From NCBI RefSeq assembly GCF_009914755.1, contig NC_060926.1: 64,000 nucleotides of DNA; one strand, written 5' to 3'. The first letter of the stretch is position 1. Every line of letters begins with the position of its first letter. The position numbers and the translations under genes were made by a program. Below are positions 1-17,640 of the stretch, piece by piece. The DNA is from the human T2T-CHM13v2.0 reference genome, Homo sapiens. The notes under the pieces are model-generated. The model was not told where the DNA came from. It saw only the letters and a list, made by a program, of their open reading frames with translations, and did no database searches.

Positions 1-189
1 TCCCATCCCACTGCGCTGGACCCATCACAGTATAGCAAGGGTTTCTTGCATAGAAAGGGTCATTCCTTGGAACATTTTCTGCTTGGTTCTTTAATCATTC
101 CTCAACCACAGAACAGCAGCCAATGTGCCTGATCACTCACCTCCATGCCAGGTTGGCGCTGGTCTCTATCTGTATGAGCTCACTATATC

Positions 190-340
190 TTCACAATAAT
201 TTAGTCTTGTTTTGCATATGGGGAAACTGAGGCACACAGAGGTTCAAGAACTTGCCTAAGGTTACACAGCTAGGGGGTGGGCGGCACAGTTAAGATGCTT
301 GGCACCTGGACACTCTGACCCCAGAGTCTGCGCTCCTTCA
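190..340 (+). mobile_element. MIR SINE fragment
   Basis: MIR core-like motif GGGAAACTGAGGCACACAGAGG..AACTTGCCTAAGGTTACACAGCTAG. Confidence 0.7.
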
Positions 341-644
341 CACCACTCTCTGCTCTGGACACCAGTGACTTGTTCTTATCAATGTGAGGGCAAGAAGCTG
401 CTCATGGGTTGGGGAAAGGGACCAGAGGAAGGTACTGCAGGATGATGCTGCTGTGGCTGCTCCGTTCTGGGCCTGCAGTCTGTCTGTGAGGCTGCTGGTA
501 ACCTCTGGGGCTGAGGAAACTCCTCAGGTGTCCTTTCTGTCTGCATTGGGACTTGGTATCAAGAGGCTCCAGGAGAGTCCACTGTGTCGGGGAGGCATGA
601 GAAGGCTTCTCTCTGTGCTAGGTTTAAAAACAGCACTTTTTTGA

Positions 645-1231
<587 letters not shown>

Positions 1232-2685
1232 TAAAGATGAGTATGGATTGCCATGAGAAGCTCAGGGAAACCAGAATCACATTTACAATTTAGGCTTCTC
1301 TTTCCTGACCCCTGGAAAGAGTGATGATGGTTCAAAGGTTGATGACTGGCTCTCAGACCCACCTAGGAACCAGTCAGGAAGTAAAAGTCATGTAACATGC
1401 GAACAAAACAGGGGAAATGCCAATATCTGGTATTTACTTACTTGACTCTGAAAGATCTCAAGCCAGGTTAAGCACCTCCTGGGTGATAACCCATGGCGGG
1501 GGAGATGGGTACACACAGATATTTCATTTTTATTGTTTTGGGTGTCAGTATTTTTAACTTACAGATTGAGTTACAGACCCTGGTTGGTTTCCTTCTCGGT
1601 CTACTCCGCACTTTCAGGACCCATTTGCATTGCCACGTGCAGTCTGCTCCAGTGCCTCTGATAGCTGCCTCGTCCTCTCTGGGGTGCACCCCCACATCTG
1701 ATCTGTCCACCCCCTGCCATGGGCACCTGATTGCAGTCAACTCCCGGCCACCACAAACAATGTTGACAAGGCCTTCTTATCGCCCTACTTTGTCTCTGGG
1801 CTGTGTATCTGTGGCTGGAGAGGGCCTACTGGCTTCAGGCTCGCTTTGAACTGAGCACTGCCTGCCACTCAGCAGAAGGGCTGCACCTGCCCACGCACCC
1901 CCAAGCGGTGCTGCAAGCGAAAGCACATCTTACTTATGTGTGTGCTGTTTTTTCTTGCTTGCTCAGATATTATCCAAATATTCTGTCCTCAATGGCGACA
2001 TACTACAATGCACATCATGTGATTAAAATGAAAAGATGAGTTCATCAGAGATGATAGCAGAAAGAATGCCTTTTTAGGGAGATAGATACAAAACACTGGA
2101 GGCCCAGGAACATAGTCGTGAGAAGTGACTCAAGCAAAGGAACATGTGGTTACTTGACAAAGGTGGAGACCCAAAGCGCTCCCCACAGTCCATCTCCATC
2201 CTAGTGGCTCGCCAAGAATGCCTTTCTAGAGGATCCTGGGTGTGTCCACGAGCTTCCTTCTTGACCTTGGTTGCTTTAGTTATGCATTTGCACCTGCCTC
2301 GCTGCAGCAGGACCCCCTCAATGGAAAAGAGGGTCCTGCCGTGTCCTAACTTGTGCCATGATCTCAAACATTCAGGTCCTCCAGAGTCACCCAGGAAGCT
2401 CATGAAAGATAGATTCTGAGGTCTCAAAAGACCGATCCAGTCGGAACTTTTATAGATGAGACCCAAAACATCTGCATTTTTAATATGTTCCCTAAGTAAT
2501 ACTGCTGTTAACTAAATTTTGAGAAGCACCACTTGGTTCGTTCTTGCTATTGCCAGAAGCAGAAAATATATTGAAAATTTTGAAGTGCTAATGCATTTTG
2601 GGCCCAAACCAGTCAGAATGACTGCCAGCCACAGGCAAAACAGTAGACAGATGTATGTGTGTCATCTCTGTCCAGGAAAGACACG

Positions 2686-2760
2686 TTATGTTATGTTATG
2701 TTATGTTATGTTATGTTATGTTATGTTATGTTATGTTATGTTATGTTATGTTATGTTATG
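2686..2760. repeat. (TTATG)15 pentanucleotide microsatellite
   Basis: 15 uninterrupted TTATG units. Confidence 0.98.
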
Positions 2761-3829
2761 TTCACTGCTACTTGCCCTGATGTTTTGGGAAGGCCAAGCC
2801 AACTCTTACAAAGATCAGAGCCCACAGCCCTGCTGAGCAGACTTCCCTTTCTTGAGATGTGGAGGGCGGACTTTGCCTGGAGGACCATGGTGCAGAGCAG
2901 ACGGTCCCACCTGCCAGGCGTCCAGCAAGCCTACTGACCTTTCCCGTGGTCCAACGTGGTATCCTCCCGAGTCTTGCCCTTGGACGTACCAGTTCATTCC
3001 AGATGCACCTTGTGCTCGTCTCTCATCTCCCCATAGCCTCCTGCATAGCCCTTTTTCCTTCTACCCTGACTTCCACACCAAAGAGCTGCATGATGCAGCC
3101 CACCTTCGGGATGCCTACTCAGACAGCATGTGCTATCAAAAACTTGGGAAGGACTAACTCAGGGAACAAGGTGATGGCCAGTCCAGGATGAGATCTTAGA
3201 TGGAGATTTTTCTTCTCTTGAAGCATAGATGGGGCCTGGGCATTGACCCCATGGTGGTGATTGAACAAAAATACTCATGTGTTACAACCAAGCTGCTCCA
3301 GCAGCTGCTGGCCACGGCCCCTCCTAAGTGAGTAGACTCTGCCTGCACCGACACTTCTGTTCTCAGCAGGAATTGATGTGATTCATGGTTGTTGTCTCCA
3401 GCAAGAGCCTCAAAGCGGTGTCAGCCAAACTTGCCAGGAGGGAGAAATAGTGCTCCTGACTGCTGTTTGATGACCAATTGTGACAGTATTAAGGGTGTGG
3501 ACGGGACACAGGCTGGAACTCAACAATCTAGTGACCAAACCTAGAAACTTACCAGCAACCACTGAGCACACCCACTGCATGTTCCAAACCACCAGTCGTG
3601 TGGTTGCCATGTGTTATGACCACAGAGTGGGGGTGGGGCATAATCTTCTTAATTACAGAGAATTCATTTCAAGGCCCAAAATATCAGTGCCAGTGACAAA
3701 TTTGGCAGTGCTGTCATAATTGTCCCTCACTCCAACTCTAGTCAGCTGCTTGGAAAGACAGTGATGAACCCAACTTGGCAGGGAAGGAAATTGTGTGTAC
3801 ACAATTACGCCATTAAAAAACAGCAGGCA

Positions 3830-4158
3830 GGCCAGGAGCGGTGGCTCACGCCTGTAATCCCGGCACTTTGTGAGGCCAGGGCAGCAGATCACCTGAGGTC
3901 AGGAGTTCAAGACCAGCCTGGCCAACGTGGTGAAACCCCATCTCTACTAAAAAATACAAAAATTAGCTAGGCGTGGTGGTGGGCACCTGTAATCCCAGCT
4001 ACTCAGGAGGCTGAGGCAGGGAGAATTGCTTGAACCTGGGAGGCAGAAGTTGCAGTGAGCCGAAATCACACCACTGCACTCCAGCCTGGGTGACACAGCA
4101 AGACTCCGTCTCGGGAGAAAAACAAACAAACAAAAACAAACAAAACAAAACAAAAAAA
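3830..4158 (+). mobile_element. AluS element
   Basis: GGCCAGG start, dimeric Alu, A/C-rich tail, TSD AAAAAACAGCAGGC. Confidence 0.95.
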
Positions 4159-4798
4159 CAGCAGGCGTAGGTGGACTCCAGAACTCCAGAGTGGAAAGCA
4201 GCCACTTGGCTTTCTCCATTTCTCCTTTATTTTCCTTTTTTCCTCCTCCTTTCTCTGAAGGCCATGTTTTTAAGACGTAAAGCTTTCTGAATTGGTAACC
4301 ATAGCTGAAGATCTTGTGCCTTTGACAACGTGGGTAACCAAAGAAACGAATTTGAGAGATATAAATACCGTTGTCACTTATCGTCATGCTGGTGGAAAGG
4401 AATCTTTGTCAGTCGTCCCCACCCTTTATTTTTAACCTTCATTCTTTCATTCAGCCAATTTTTACTGAGCACCAGCCATTCACAAAGCTGGTGCCAGATG
4501 CCAGGGACTCAATGTCGAATCCCACAGACACGACCCTGGCCTCTGGGGTGCACAGGCTAAGAGGGGAGGCAAAGCAAAGCAGGCAGCCACACACCAAGGG
4601 AAGCGAGCTGACGTTTGTGGTGAGGGCCACACATGACCTAACAAGGGACAGAGTAAACAGCACGGGGCAAGGAGCAGTTGAGGGCCTCTGAGCAGGGGAC
4701 AATGACACTGAGATGAAAGGAGGAATGGGATCTAGCCAGGCAAAGAGCAGGTAGTTGGGCAGCACAGGGCAGACACTGTTTTAAGAAAAGGAAGAAGG

Positions 4799-5491
<693 letters not shown>

Positions 5492-6642
5492 TTATATGAG
5501 CTGAGAGTGAGCCAGGTGAGGTGGAGAGACACGCAGGCCAGCACTGTAGTCATGGGCCATGCAGGTGGTGGGATTTTAGTTCTAAGCCCAATAAACAGGG
5601 TTAAGACAAGTGTCGCTGCTGCATAGAGAATGCATTGGAGATGACAAGAATGGAAGCTGGGAAAACACATAGGTGGCTATTGCAGAAGTCCAGGGGAGAG
5701 ATTGTGGCAGCGGAGATTCTAGGTATTTTTAGAGACAGAACTGATGGAATTTGCTGCCATCCCATGTGGGCTGTGAGCCAGGAGGAGAAATCAAGGCTCC
5801 CAGGCTCAGGCTTGGATGATGGTGTGCCGGGTGTCATTTACAGAGATGATGAAGACTGAGCGATGGATGTGGTTTGTTTTTAAACAGCTCGTGTGTGGGT
5901 CATTGATCAGAATTCCATTTTGGACATATTACGTTAAAATGGCTGTGCGACAGACACCCTAGTGGAGATCCATTCATTCCACCCTAGATGGGTAGACATC
6001 GTCTGGAGCTCAAGGCAGCAGAAGGGTTGGAGGTACCCAGTTGGGAGTTATTTGCATAAGATAGTACTGAAATCCATAGGCAGTGGAAGGAGGACCTGCA
6101 AGGAGAGGATGGAGACAGAAACGTGACTCAGGCAGAGACCTGCAGGGCACTGAGAAGTCAAATGGAGAAGGAGGAGGGCGAAAGGAGACAGGAGGGGCCG
6201 GGAGAGGCAGACTTCGGGGAGGCTGTGGAAAGCAGGGCCAGTGGTGCTGGATGGAGTTTTGGAAGGGCATTTTGCAGTGAGAAGGGAGCAGAGCTTCAGT
6301 CCACCTCACCTTCTGTATCATGAGGCCTTTCCCCCGAGACCTTTAAAAAAAAGATTTGAGTAGAAAGAGCTGCCTTTTAAATATATAGTAGACACTCAAT
6401 AAATAGTTACTGAGTAACTGACTGGCTGGCTGATTTACCAAATGATTAAATTAATGAAAAAAAGATGAATTTCCTTCTAGTCTTTTATCTAAGCACATAC
6501 ACATACATCCAAGTCGCACATATTCAGTATCATCTGTGTATAGATATTAACGTGAGCAATTTTTCATTACCTCTTCTTTCTAAATGTAACTCTTTATGAT
6601 TAGGAAGCACTTCCTCCTAAGGGCTATTCTAGGCTTTATTAA

Positions 6643-6889
6643 ATGGCACAATCTTGGCTCACTGCAAGCTCTGCCTCCTGGGTTCATGCCATTCTCCTGC
6701 CTCAGCCTCCCGAGTAGCTGGGACTACAGGTGCCCGCCACCATACCCGGCTAATTTTTTTGTATTTTTAGTAAAGACAGGGTTTCACCGTGTTAGCCAGG
6801 ATGGTCTCGATCTCCTGACCTCATGATCCGCCTGCCTCGGCCTCCCAAAGTGCTAGGATTACAGGCGGCGCTAGCCACCGCACCCGACC
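6643..6889 (-). mobile_element. AluY/Sc-like element lacking its 3' end and tail
   Basis: GCAAGCTCTGCC, GTTAGCCAGGATGGTCTCGATCTCCTGACCTC diagnostics; no poly(T) at its left edge. Confidence 0.85.
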
Positions 6890-7451
6890 ATTAAGCATCT
6901 TAAAAGATTTTTTCACTATGGAAAGTTTCAAACACACCAAACTACAGAGAATAGTAGAATGAACTTATGTACCTAAAATCCAGTGATTAACACAGCAAAT
7001 TCCTTAACATCATCAATATCTAATTAGAGTAAAAATTCCCCCAATTGTCTCACACTTTTTTAACACTTTGTTTGAATCAGGGTCAAAATCAGTTTTATAA
7101 CTTAGAATTGGTTGATAATGTCTCTTCTGCCTCAGCGAGTGTCACTACCATCCTTATCTGATGTCTGTTTAGTTAGAGCAATTTCCTGAGTTTTCCCACT
7201 TTCAAAAAGTGTGCAGCTTTTTTACTGGTTGTTAGTTCCATTGGATATAAAACACCTATCTCACATTTTTCTTGAGTATCTTATGTCACTCTGTGTCTTC
7301 TGTTTTAAACTGATGCTATTGTGCTACTATATTTGTCTTTTTGCCTGAATGCCCCCAAAATATATTCTTTTTCTTTAAAATTCAGTCATTTGATTAGGAT
7401 CTGTCTCAGTGCCAGCCTTTCTGGGTCAGTTTTCTCAGGTATGGAATTCAC

Positions 7452-7774
<323 letters not shown>

Positions 7775-8335
7775 TAAGTTCATCTTTTCAATAGGAAGTT
7801 TCAGTGGCTGGAACAGCCTGCCCCACAGGAACCTCCAAAATTTTCCAGGGCAAAGTCTTAATATTAAGGAGACTTTAACGGGAGGAGAGTCCAAACTGTG
7901 CACAACAAGGAAAATAGGTGCAAATGAAAGAGATGGTCATCCAGACAAAAGTGCAAAGGAGGCAGAGCTGAGAAAGTGTGAGGCCCTGTGTTTGCTCACG
8001 TTGGAAAAACAACAGAAGTGAAGTGAGAATTTCAGAGTCATGAAGTTAGCAAAGCTATATGGAAAACATTTCACTTAATTATGAGTAATGAAAAGGATTC
8101 TTGACAAATTCCTTAGAGGATATTATAAAAAAAGAGTAAAATTTCTATAGACAATAAAGAAATGCCGGAAAGACATGGCCATAAAACAGATAAAAACTAT
8201 AACCTAGAGTATCACAAGCTGAAAGAAATGTTTAAAAGATAAAAGCAAGGAAAGAACAGTTTAGATAAAAATGAGAAAACACTCAAAAATGAGGTGATTG
8301 GAAAAATGAAAAACAGGAAATGAGTTGATAGAACC

Positions 8336-8428
8336 CAGGAAGGAATTAGAAATAAAAGAAAAAAGTCAGGAAGGAATTAGAAATAAAAGAAAAAAGTCAG
8401 GAAGGAATTAGAAATAAAAGAAAAAAGT
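8336..8428. repeat. 31-bp unit x3 perfect tandem repeat
   Basis: CAGGAAGGAATTAGAAATAAAAGAAAAAAGT at 8336, 8367 and 8398. Confidence 0.95.
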
Positions 8429-9496
8429 TCGGTCATGCATATAAAATCCTTAGCTAGGCTTCATGAAAACAGTAAGATGAAACTTACTTACGTGAAGTTT
8501 CACCTTCACGAAACAGCAGATGAAAGCAGAATTATCATCTGGGCTTTGGCTTGCCAGCCCCTGCCATGCACTTGACTGAATGCCACAGCCTGGGACATAC
8601 GTGCGTGTGATGACAACTGTACTTCAATCAGGACACAGAGTGGGTGCCGGGCTGGACATCAGGCCATTGGATGCCTCTGATTGCATATCAAGATAACAGA
8701 TAAAGAGAGTCTGAATGCAGCCTGTCTAGAAATGAATACACTGGGTGGATCCAGAGAGGGAGACAGAGTGTACGGTCCTGGGACAGCTGTGCGTTTCTCT
8801 GCTGCACCGATGATCCCCAACACCCATCCACATGGTTCAGGTACAGATCAGGCTCAATGCCTTCTTTTGGCAGGCAGCAAAGGAGAGACCACAGCACTGG
8901 CCCTACTGGGGCCAAGCTACAAGATACTGGTGTTCACATTTTCTGGCTCTCTGCCCACAACTTCACGGCCTAGTGATCTGCCCACTTCCAGACTACGCTG
9001 GTGGGCAACCATGGAGCTGGACAAGGGATAACAGTAACCCCAAGCTCTAAGCAACCCCAAGCATTTGTGTACAGTCATTTCAGACACATTCCTGGAAACC
9101 GGTCTTCTGCAAACAGAATGTATGAGGGACAGTGCAACCAGGCTGAGGTTACTGAGAAACTGAAATGGCTCCTTCTCTAGGGATGAGCAGCATTCGGGTG
9201 GTCTGTCTTTTTGCAACAAATAGAAACTGTTTAAGAGTCTAATGACATCCCAATCTCCAGGAGGCTTAAGGGAAGCCTAAGTCCCTCCCATTCCACCCAA
9301 AACAAGTCTGTCGTTCTCATTAGGAGCAAAGCACCTGTTTTTCTTCCTCTTGATAGACACACAGGAAAGGCTGCTTTTATGCCAACAAGGAGGTGTTTTC
9401 AGTTTTCTTTCCGAAGATAATGTGGTCAAGTCAGTGAACTGACAAGCCTCTCTCTGATGGAAATGGCCTATTTCTGTGCACTAAAACTGGGCTTAG

Positions 9497-9727
<231 letters not shown>

Positions 9728-10553
9728 TAGGTTTTAAAACAATCATTTTTTTTCTAATTAAAAAAAATGTATACATGATTATTATGGGAAAAGGGAAGAA
9801 TACAAAAAATTATAAACTAGCAAAGAAAAATCACCTGTAAGCCTACCACTCAGAGAAAAAAAGTCTACTGAGCTTTTTAAAATAACAATCTCTCTCTACA
9901 AAGACCTTTTCCACAGAAGTGTCGTGTAGATGAGCAAGGAACGTCTCCCTTTACCAATGTTAAGGAAATGTCAAAAAACTCTTACCTGGTCAAGCACAGT
10001 AGGGCTTCTGGTTGGGAATTTGGAGAATTCATTTTCCCCAACCCTGGACATTCCAGTGGGCCATCCCTCCCCTTTATAACTGCACTGAATTTTGTTCCTG
10101 TTTAAAAATGTTTCTCCCAGGTGCTGGCTGATGGAGCAGAAGGGTTGTGGGTTACAGGGCCTGACTCAAAGGCAATGTGGGCAGATGCCCACAGGTAGCC
10201 ACTTCTGTCTGGCTACAGCTGTCTACACTGCACCTTTGCAAATTAGAAAATGGTGCCTGTGGGTGGGGTATGGCCAGCTCATAGGCCAGCTCCTGCATGC
10301 AGAGCCCCAGGTGGGCAGTGTGTGCCTGGGTGCAGGGCCTGCTGAATGGAGATGCAATAGGGCTGCATATCAGCCCCATCGGCCCCCTGGCAGCTCTTGC
10401 GGGTGGAGAGGGTGGAAAGAGTGGGTGGGGTCAGGTAGAAAGTGGGAGTTCTCCTACAATGTAAAGGAAGTTAACCCTTCATCAGTTTTTTATTGTATTT
10501 GTTTTAGACCTAGAACTCACATCCGTATATTTGAAAATTATTTATCTTCCTAG

Positions 10554-10679
10554 GTATCAGTGAATGCTCCAGCCAGCCTTGTCAAAATGGTGGTACATGT
10601 GTAGAAGGAGTCAACCAGTACAGATGCATTTGTCCTCCAGGAAGGACTGGGAACCGCTGTCAGCATCAGGCCCAGACTG
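10554..10679 (+). CDS. FBLN7: Fibulin-7 internal exon, EGF-like domain (G)[41 protein letters not shown]
   Basis: Acceptor tttatcttcctag, donor G/gtatgt; 126 nt, phase 1-1; six-Cys EGF; splices in frame to the next exon; matches recalled fibulin-7 sequence. Confidence 0.95.
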
Positions 10680-11775
10680 GTATGTAGCCACCATGGGGTT
10701 AGGTGAGGACATCCTGCTGTGGGGAGAGGAGGACCCTAGGCATAGGTCCCCAAATGCAGACATGTAGGGAGCTCAGTCCCCCACTCAAAGATGTAGCTTT
10801 TCCTCTCTGTTTCACATCCACCGATCCCTCTGGTTTTCTAAGGTGGTCACTTGACAGAGCTTAGCTCTTTGATGCAACCAGAGTTTTGACCCTTCTTATA
10901 GTAGAAAACACAAGCGCAAGAACTGACTCCCAACGTAAAAATCCCCTAGATTGGGAATGTGGCCCAAGAAGTTTCACTGTTGCCACCTTTGCTTGGTCAG
11001 CATTTCTTACGCCAGCAGAACCACCTTTTCTTTCCAGTGTTCCCATTACATCTTGCAAAATTAGCAGCTATTGATGCAGGCCCAAGTATTTTGAGAGCTG
11101 GATAACTATACATTTGACTGGTTTTGAGATTACTATTCACATCTTGAGTCTCAACATATCTCGACCCAGAGAGTCTAAGAAGTCACGTGGTGCCTGGTTT
11201 TGCATATGGCAAGAAAATCCAGTGATAAGGAATCTGTGGAGGATGGACAGGGGTTCCCGCACCATGATGCAACCAAGATTTCATTCAGCCCCAAAGATAT
11301 CCTATTCCTTAGCCACAAAAGTCTGGTGTGTTATGCCTGTTTGTCTTTATTTCTGTATGAAATATCTGTGGGGGGAAGGGACATTGGGGCTAGTGCAGTG
11401 TCCAGTGGATAAGAGCTTTATCAATACTTATGATCCTGGCACTGGACCCAGCCCAAGCTCAGGTTTAAATAGTGCCCCAAGAGATTTGCTGCTTAATATG
11501 CCCTGATTCAGTTCAGCTGAGTCAGCTGGCTGGGCACTTTCTCAAAATGAGGCTGTCCTCCCGAGCTCAGAGGCCCCTTACAGCTCCTGTCCCTGGAACT
11601 GCTTTCTATGGAAACTGAGGCCAGAGACAGGGCTTTCTTGGAGACCTCACTGCCTCTCCCCTTGTTTACAAACAAGAGGGAAAAAGAAATGGGTTACCTT
11701 CTGCCCTAAATATGCCAGTCCTGGTCACTGAATGTTCTAAACCCCACTCTTTAGGGTTTCCTCCCACTGTGGGAT

Positions 11776-12074
11776 TTTTTTTTTTTTTTGAGATGGGAGT
11801 CTCACTCTGTTGCCCAGGCTGGAGTGTGCAGTGGCACCATCTCAGCTCACTGCAACCTCCGCCTCCTGAGTTCAAGTGATTCTCCTGCCTCAGCCTCCCG
11901 AGTAGCTGGGATTACAGGTGTCTGTCACCACTCCTGCCTAATATTTGTATTTTTAGTAGAAACGGGGTTTCACCATGTTGGCCAGGCTGGTCTCCAACTC
12001 CTGACCTCAAGTGATCTGCCTGCCTTGCCCTCCAAAAGTGCTGGGATTACAGGTGTGAGCCACCATGCCCGCCC
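11776..12074 (-). mobile_element. AluS element
   Basis: Poly(T) plus full antisense Alu. Confidence 0.95.
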
Positions 12075-12359
12075 AAGGATCTTTAGACAATTGTTGCTCA
12101 GGTCCAGGGGGGCCTGTTATAAAGTGTCCCCATGGCCAGAATCTTCCCCAGGAATGGGAAGGAGGGGAAGCAAGCAGGCATATCCAAAGCCAGCTCCTAT
12201 CCTCATAGTCTCCATGAACAGCCATCACGCATCTGGGCTCTTGCTCACCTTGTCCCTCAGCCTGACACCTTCCTTCCCATCAGCTGGCCCATGCCTTTCC
12301 AGTTCCCTGGAGGAGCATCCCTCCAATTCCTTTTTTAAAAATCCATTCACCCTATTTTT

Positions 12360-12650
12360 TATGATGATAAAACATATATATAACATAAAATTTACCAGTT
12401 TCATCCTTTTTAACTGTACAGCTCAGTGGCATTAATCACATTCACATTGTTGTGCGACCATCACCACCATCCAGCTCCAGAATTCTTTTTGTCTTGCAAA
12501 ACTGAGCTTCTGTACCCATAACAGGACAACTCCCCATTGCCCTCCCCACAGCCCCTGGTAATCACCATTCATTCTTCTTTCTGTCTCTGTGAGTCTGACT
12601 GCTCTAGGGACCTCATCTAAGTAGAATCATGCAGGATTTGTCCACTTGTG
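12360..12650 (-). mobile_element. Old L1M 3'-end fragment
   Basis: Antisense L1M 3' UTR motifs (CATAAAATTTACC..TGTACAGCTCAGTGGCATTA..CCCCTGGTAATCACCATTC). Confidence 0.75.
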
Positions 12651-12682
12651 TTTGATTCCCATCAATCCTTGAAAAACTTTCA

Positions 12683-13035
<353 letters not shown>

Positions 13036-13159
13036 AAATTTATGTTCCTGGCAAAAACCAAAAATGTGAACACTTTAGAAAAGTACAAGAAATACAAAAA
13101 AAAAAAAAACAAAAGAAAACAAACAAAAAAAAACCAGGAACAAAAAATAGTGGCCCATG

Positions 13160-16221
<3,062 letters not shown>

Positions 16222-16299
16222 AACAAAAAATAGTGGCCCATGGTTTTAAACTCTAGTGATCACCGTTAGAATTTTGGGGTGTTCAAGTCTTTTTAAGTG

Positions 16300-17100
16300 A
16301 AGACGTGGATTTGCTCCAGCTGTCCTTCTCGGGGTGCGGCTTGGTGGCCTGCATTTTCCTGCACCATTCTATTCCAGGGCGCTTCCTGTCCCGCGCCCCC
16401 TTCGCGTAGGCCCTGGACGGGTCGTCTGGGTCTGTGGTTGATTACTTGTCTCTCCTTTCCCTACTCCAGAGTAAGCCCTTTGAGAAGGGGCCGTGCCTCC
16501 GTCTTGGTTCTGCTCCCGGCCCCTACCCAAGGTCGGGCCCACGGCAGGTGCGCCAGGGCCCGGCACTGAGCGTGTCTTCTCCCCGCAGCCGCCCCCGAGG
16601 GCAGCGTGGCCGGCGACTCCGCCTTCAGCCGCGCGCCGCGCTGTGCGCAGGTGGAGCGGGCTCAGCACTGCAGCTGCGAGGCCGGATTCCACCTGAGCGG
16701 CGCCGCCGGCGACAGCGTCTGCCAGGGTAGGCGCGGGCTCCGCCAGGACACTGGGGACAGCACGGGGAGGACATGGGGCGGGGAAGGGGCTCTCACCCAC
16801 CGCCCTCCTGCCGGCACGGGTGGCTTCCTGCGCGCGGTCTCAGAAGGCCTGGCCACTTTGCATTATAGGTAAGTGTTGACCTAGTGATGGCTAGAAGGCA
16901 GCTAATTCACAGAAATCAGAGCTCGCCCCGCCTCAGAACCTGGTCCAGCCTATGCCCAAGCCACACGCGCTTGGTTCAGGAGAGCCTTGAGACCCTCCAT
17001 CCCCTCCGCCCTGGCTGGAATCACGTCTACGGGTGGCAAGGAGGAGCTTAAATCGCCGTGTTGGTAGAGCGGGCCCGGAGCTGGGTAGGGGTGTGGGACT
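16300..17100. promoter_or_regulatory. Intragenic CpG island overlapping an FBLN7 exon
   Basis: Sharp rise in GC and CpG density (CGCGCCGCGC, GGCGCCGCCGGCG) compared with CpG-depleted flanks; not quantified. Confidence 0.8.
16589..16726 (+). CDS. FBLN7: Fibulin-7 internal exon (A)APEGSVAGDSAFSRAPRCAQVERAQHCSCEAGFHLSGAAGDSVCQ
   Basis: Acceptor cttctccccgcag, donor G/gtaggc; 138 nt, phase 1-1. Confidence 0.95.
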
Positions 17101-17640
17101 CATTCCTTGGTCCCCTCTGGGCTTAGCTTTCCTGACGGCTCAGTTTTGCTGTGCTCTCCTGATTACCAGAGTTCTCTCCCCAAACAACGCAAAGCAGGAG
17201 TTCAAAGCTGAGATCTGGTCAGTTGGTGCTAATAGCCTCATTTTACAGCACAGAAAGGAGGATTCCCAAAGATAAAGAGAGTTAACATGGGGCTGTTAAC
17301 CCATCCCTACTTTCTGGGAATAGGCTTGATTTGCCAGCCTCTGCAGGGTCTCCCCAGGTGTCTTCAGCCTAAGACAGTGATGCCTTTCTAGGGCCTAGCA
17401 CTTCAGCTCCCTCTCACTCCTCCTTTTAGCCCTCTGGGCCCTCGGCTTAGGAGAAAGGGAAGCACACCTGCTCCTCTTGTGAGTGCTCTGCTGGGGGTAG
17501 GGCATGGCGGCTGCCCGAGGCCCAGCCACTTAACTGCAGCTGCCACTGCCTCCAGGAATTGAAGCATGATTGTTCTGGGTCACAGCTGGCAACACTTGCT
17601 GCATGGCTCCTAAAGTCACAGTGAGCACTTCTGTCTGCAG

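Noticed and set aside
11788-12435. 215-aa ORF and the many similar LECSG..SAHCNL ORFs
   Set aside because: These are standard translations of Alu sequence with no independent gene evidence.
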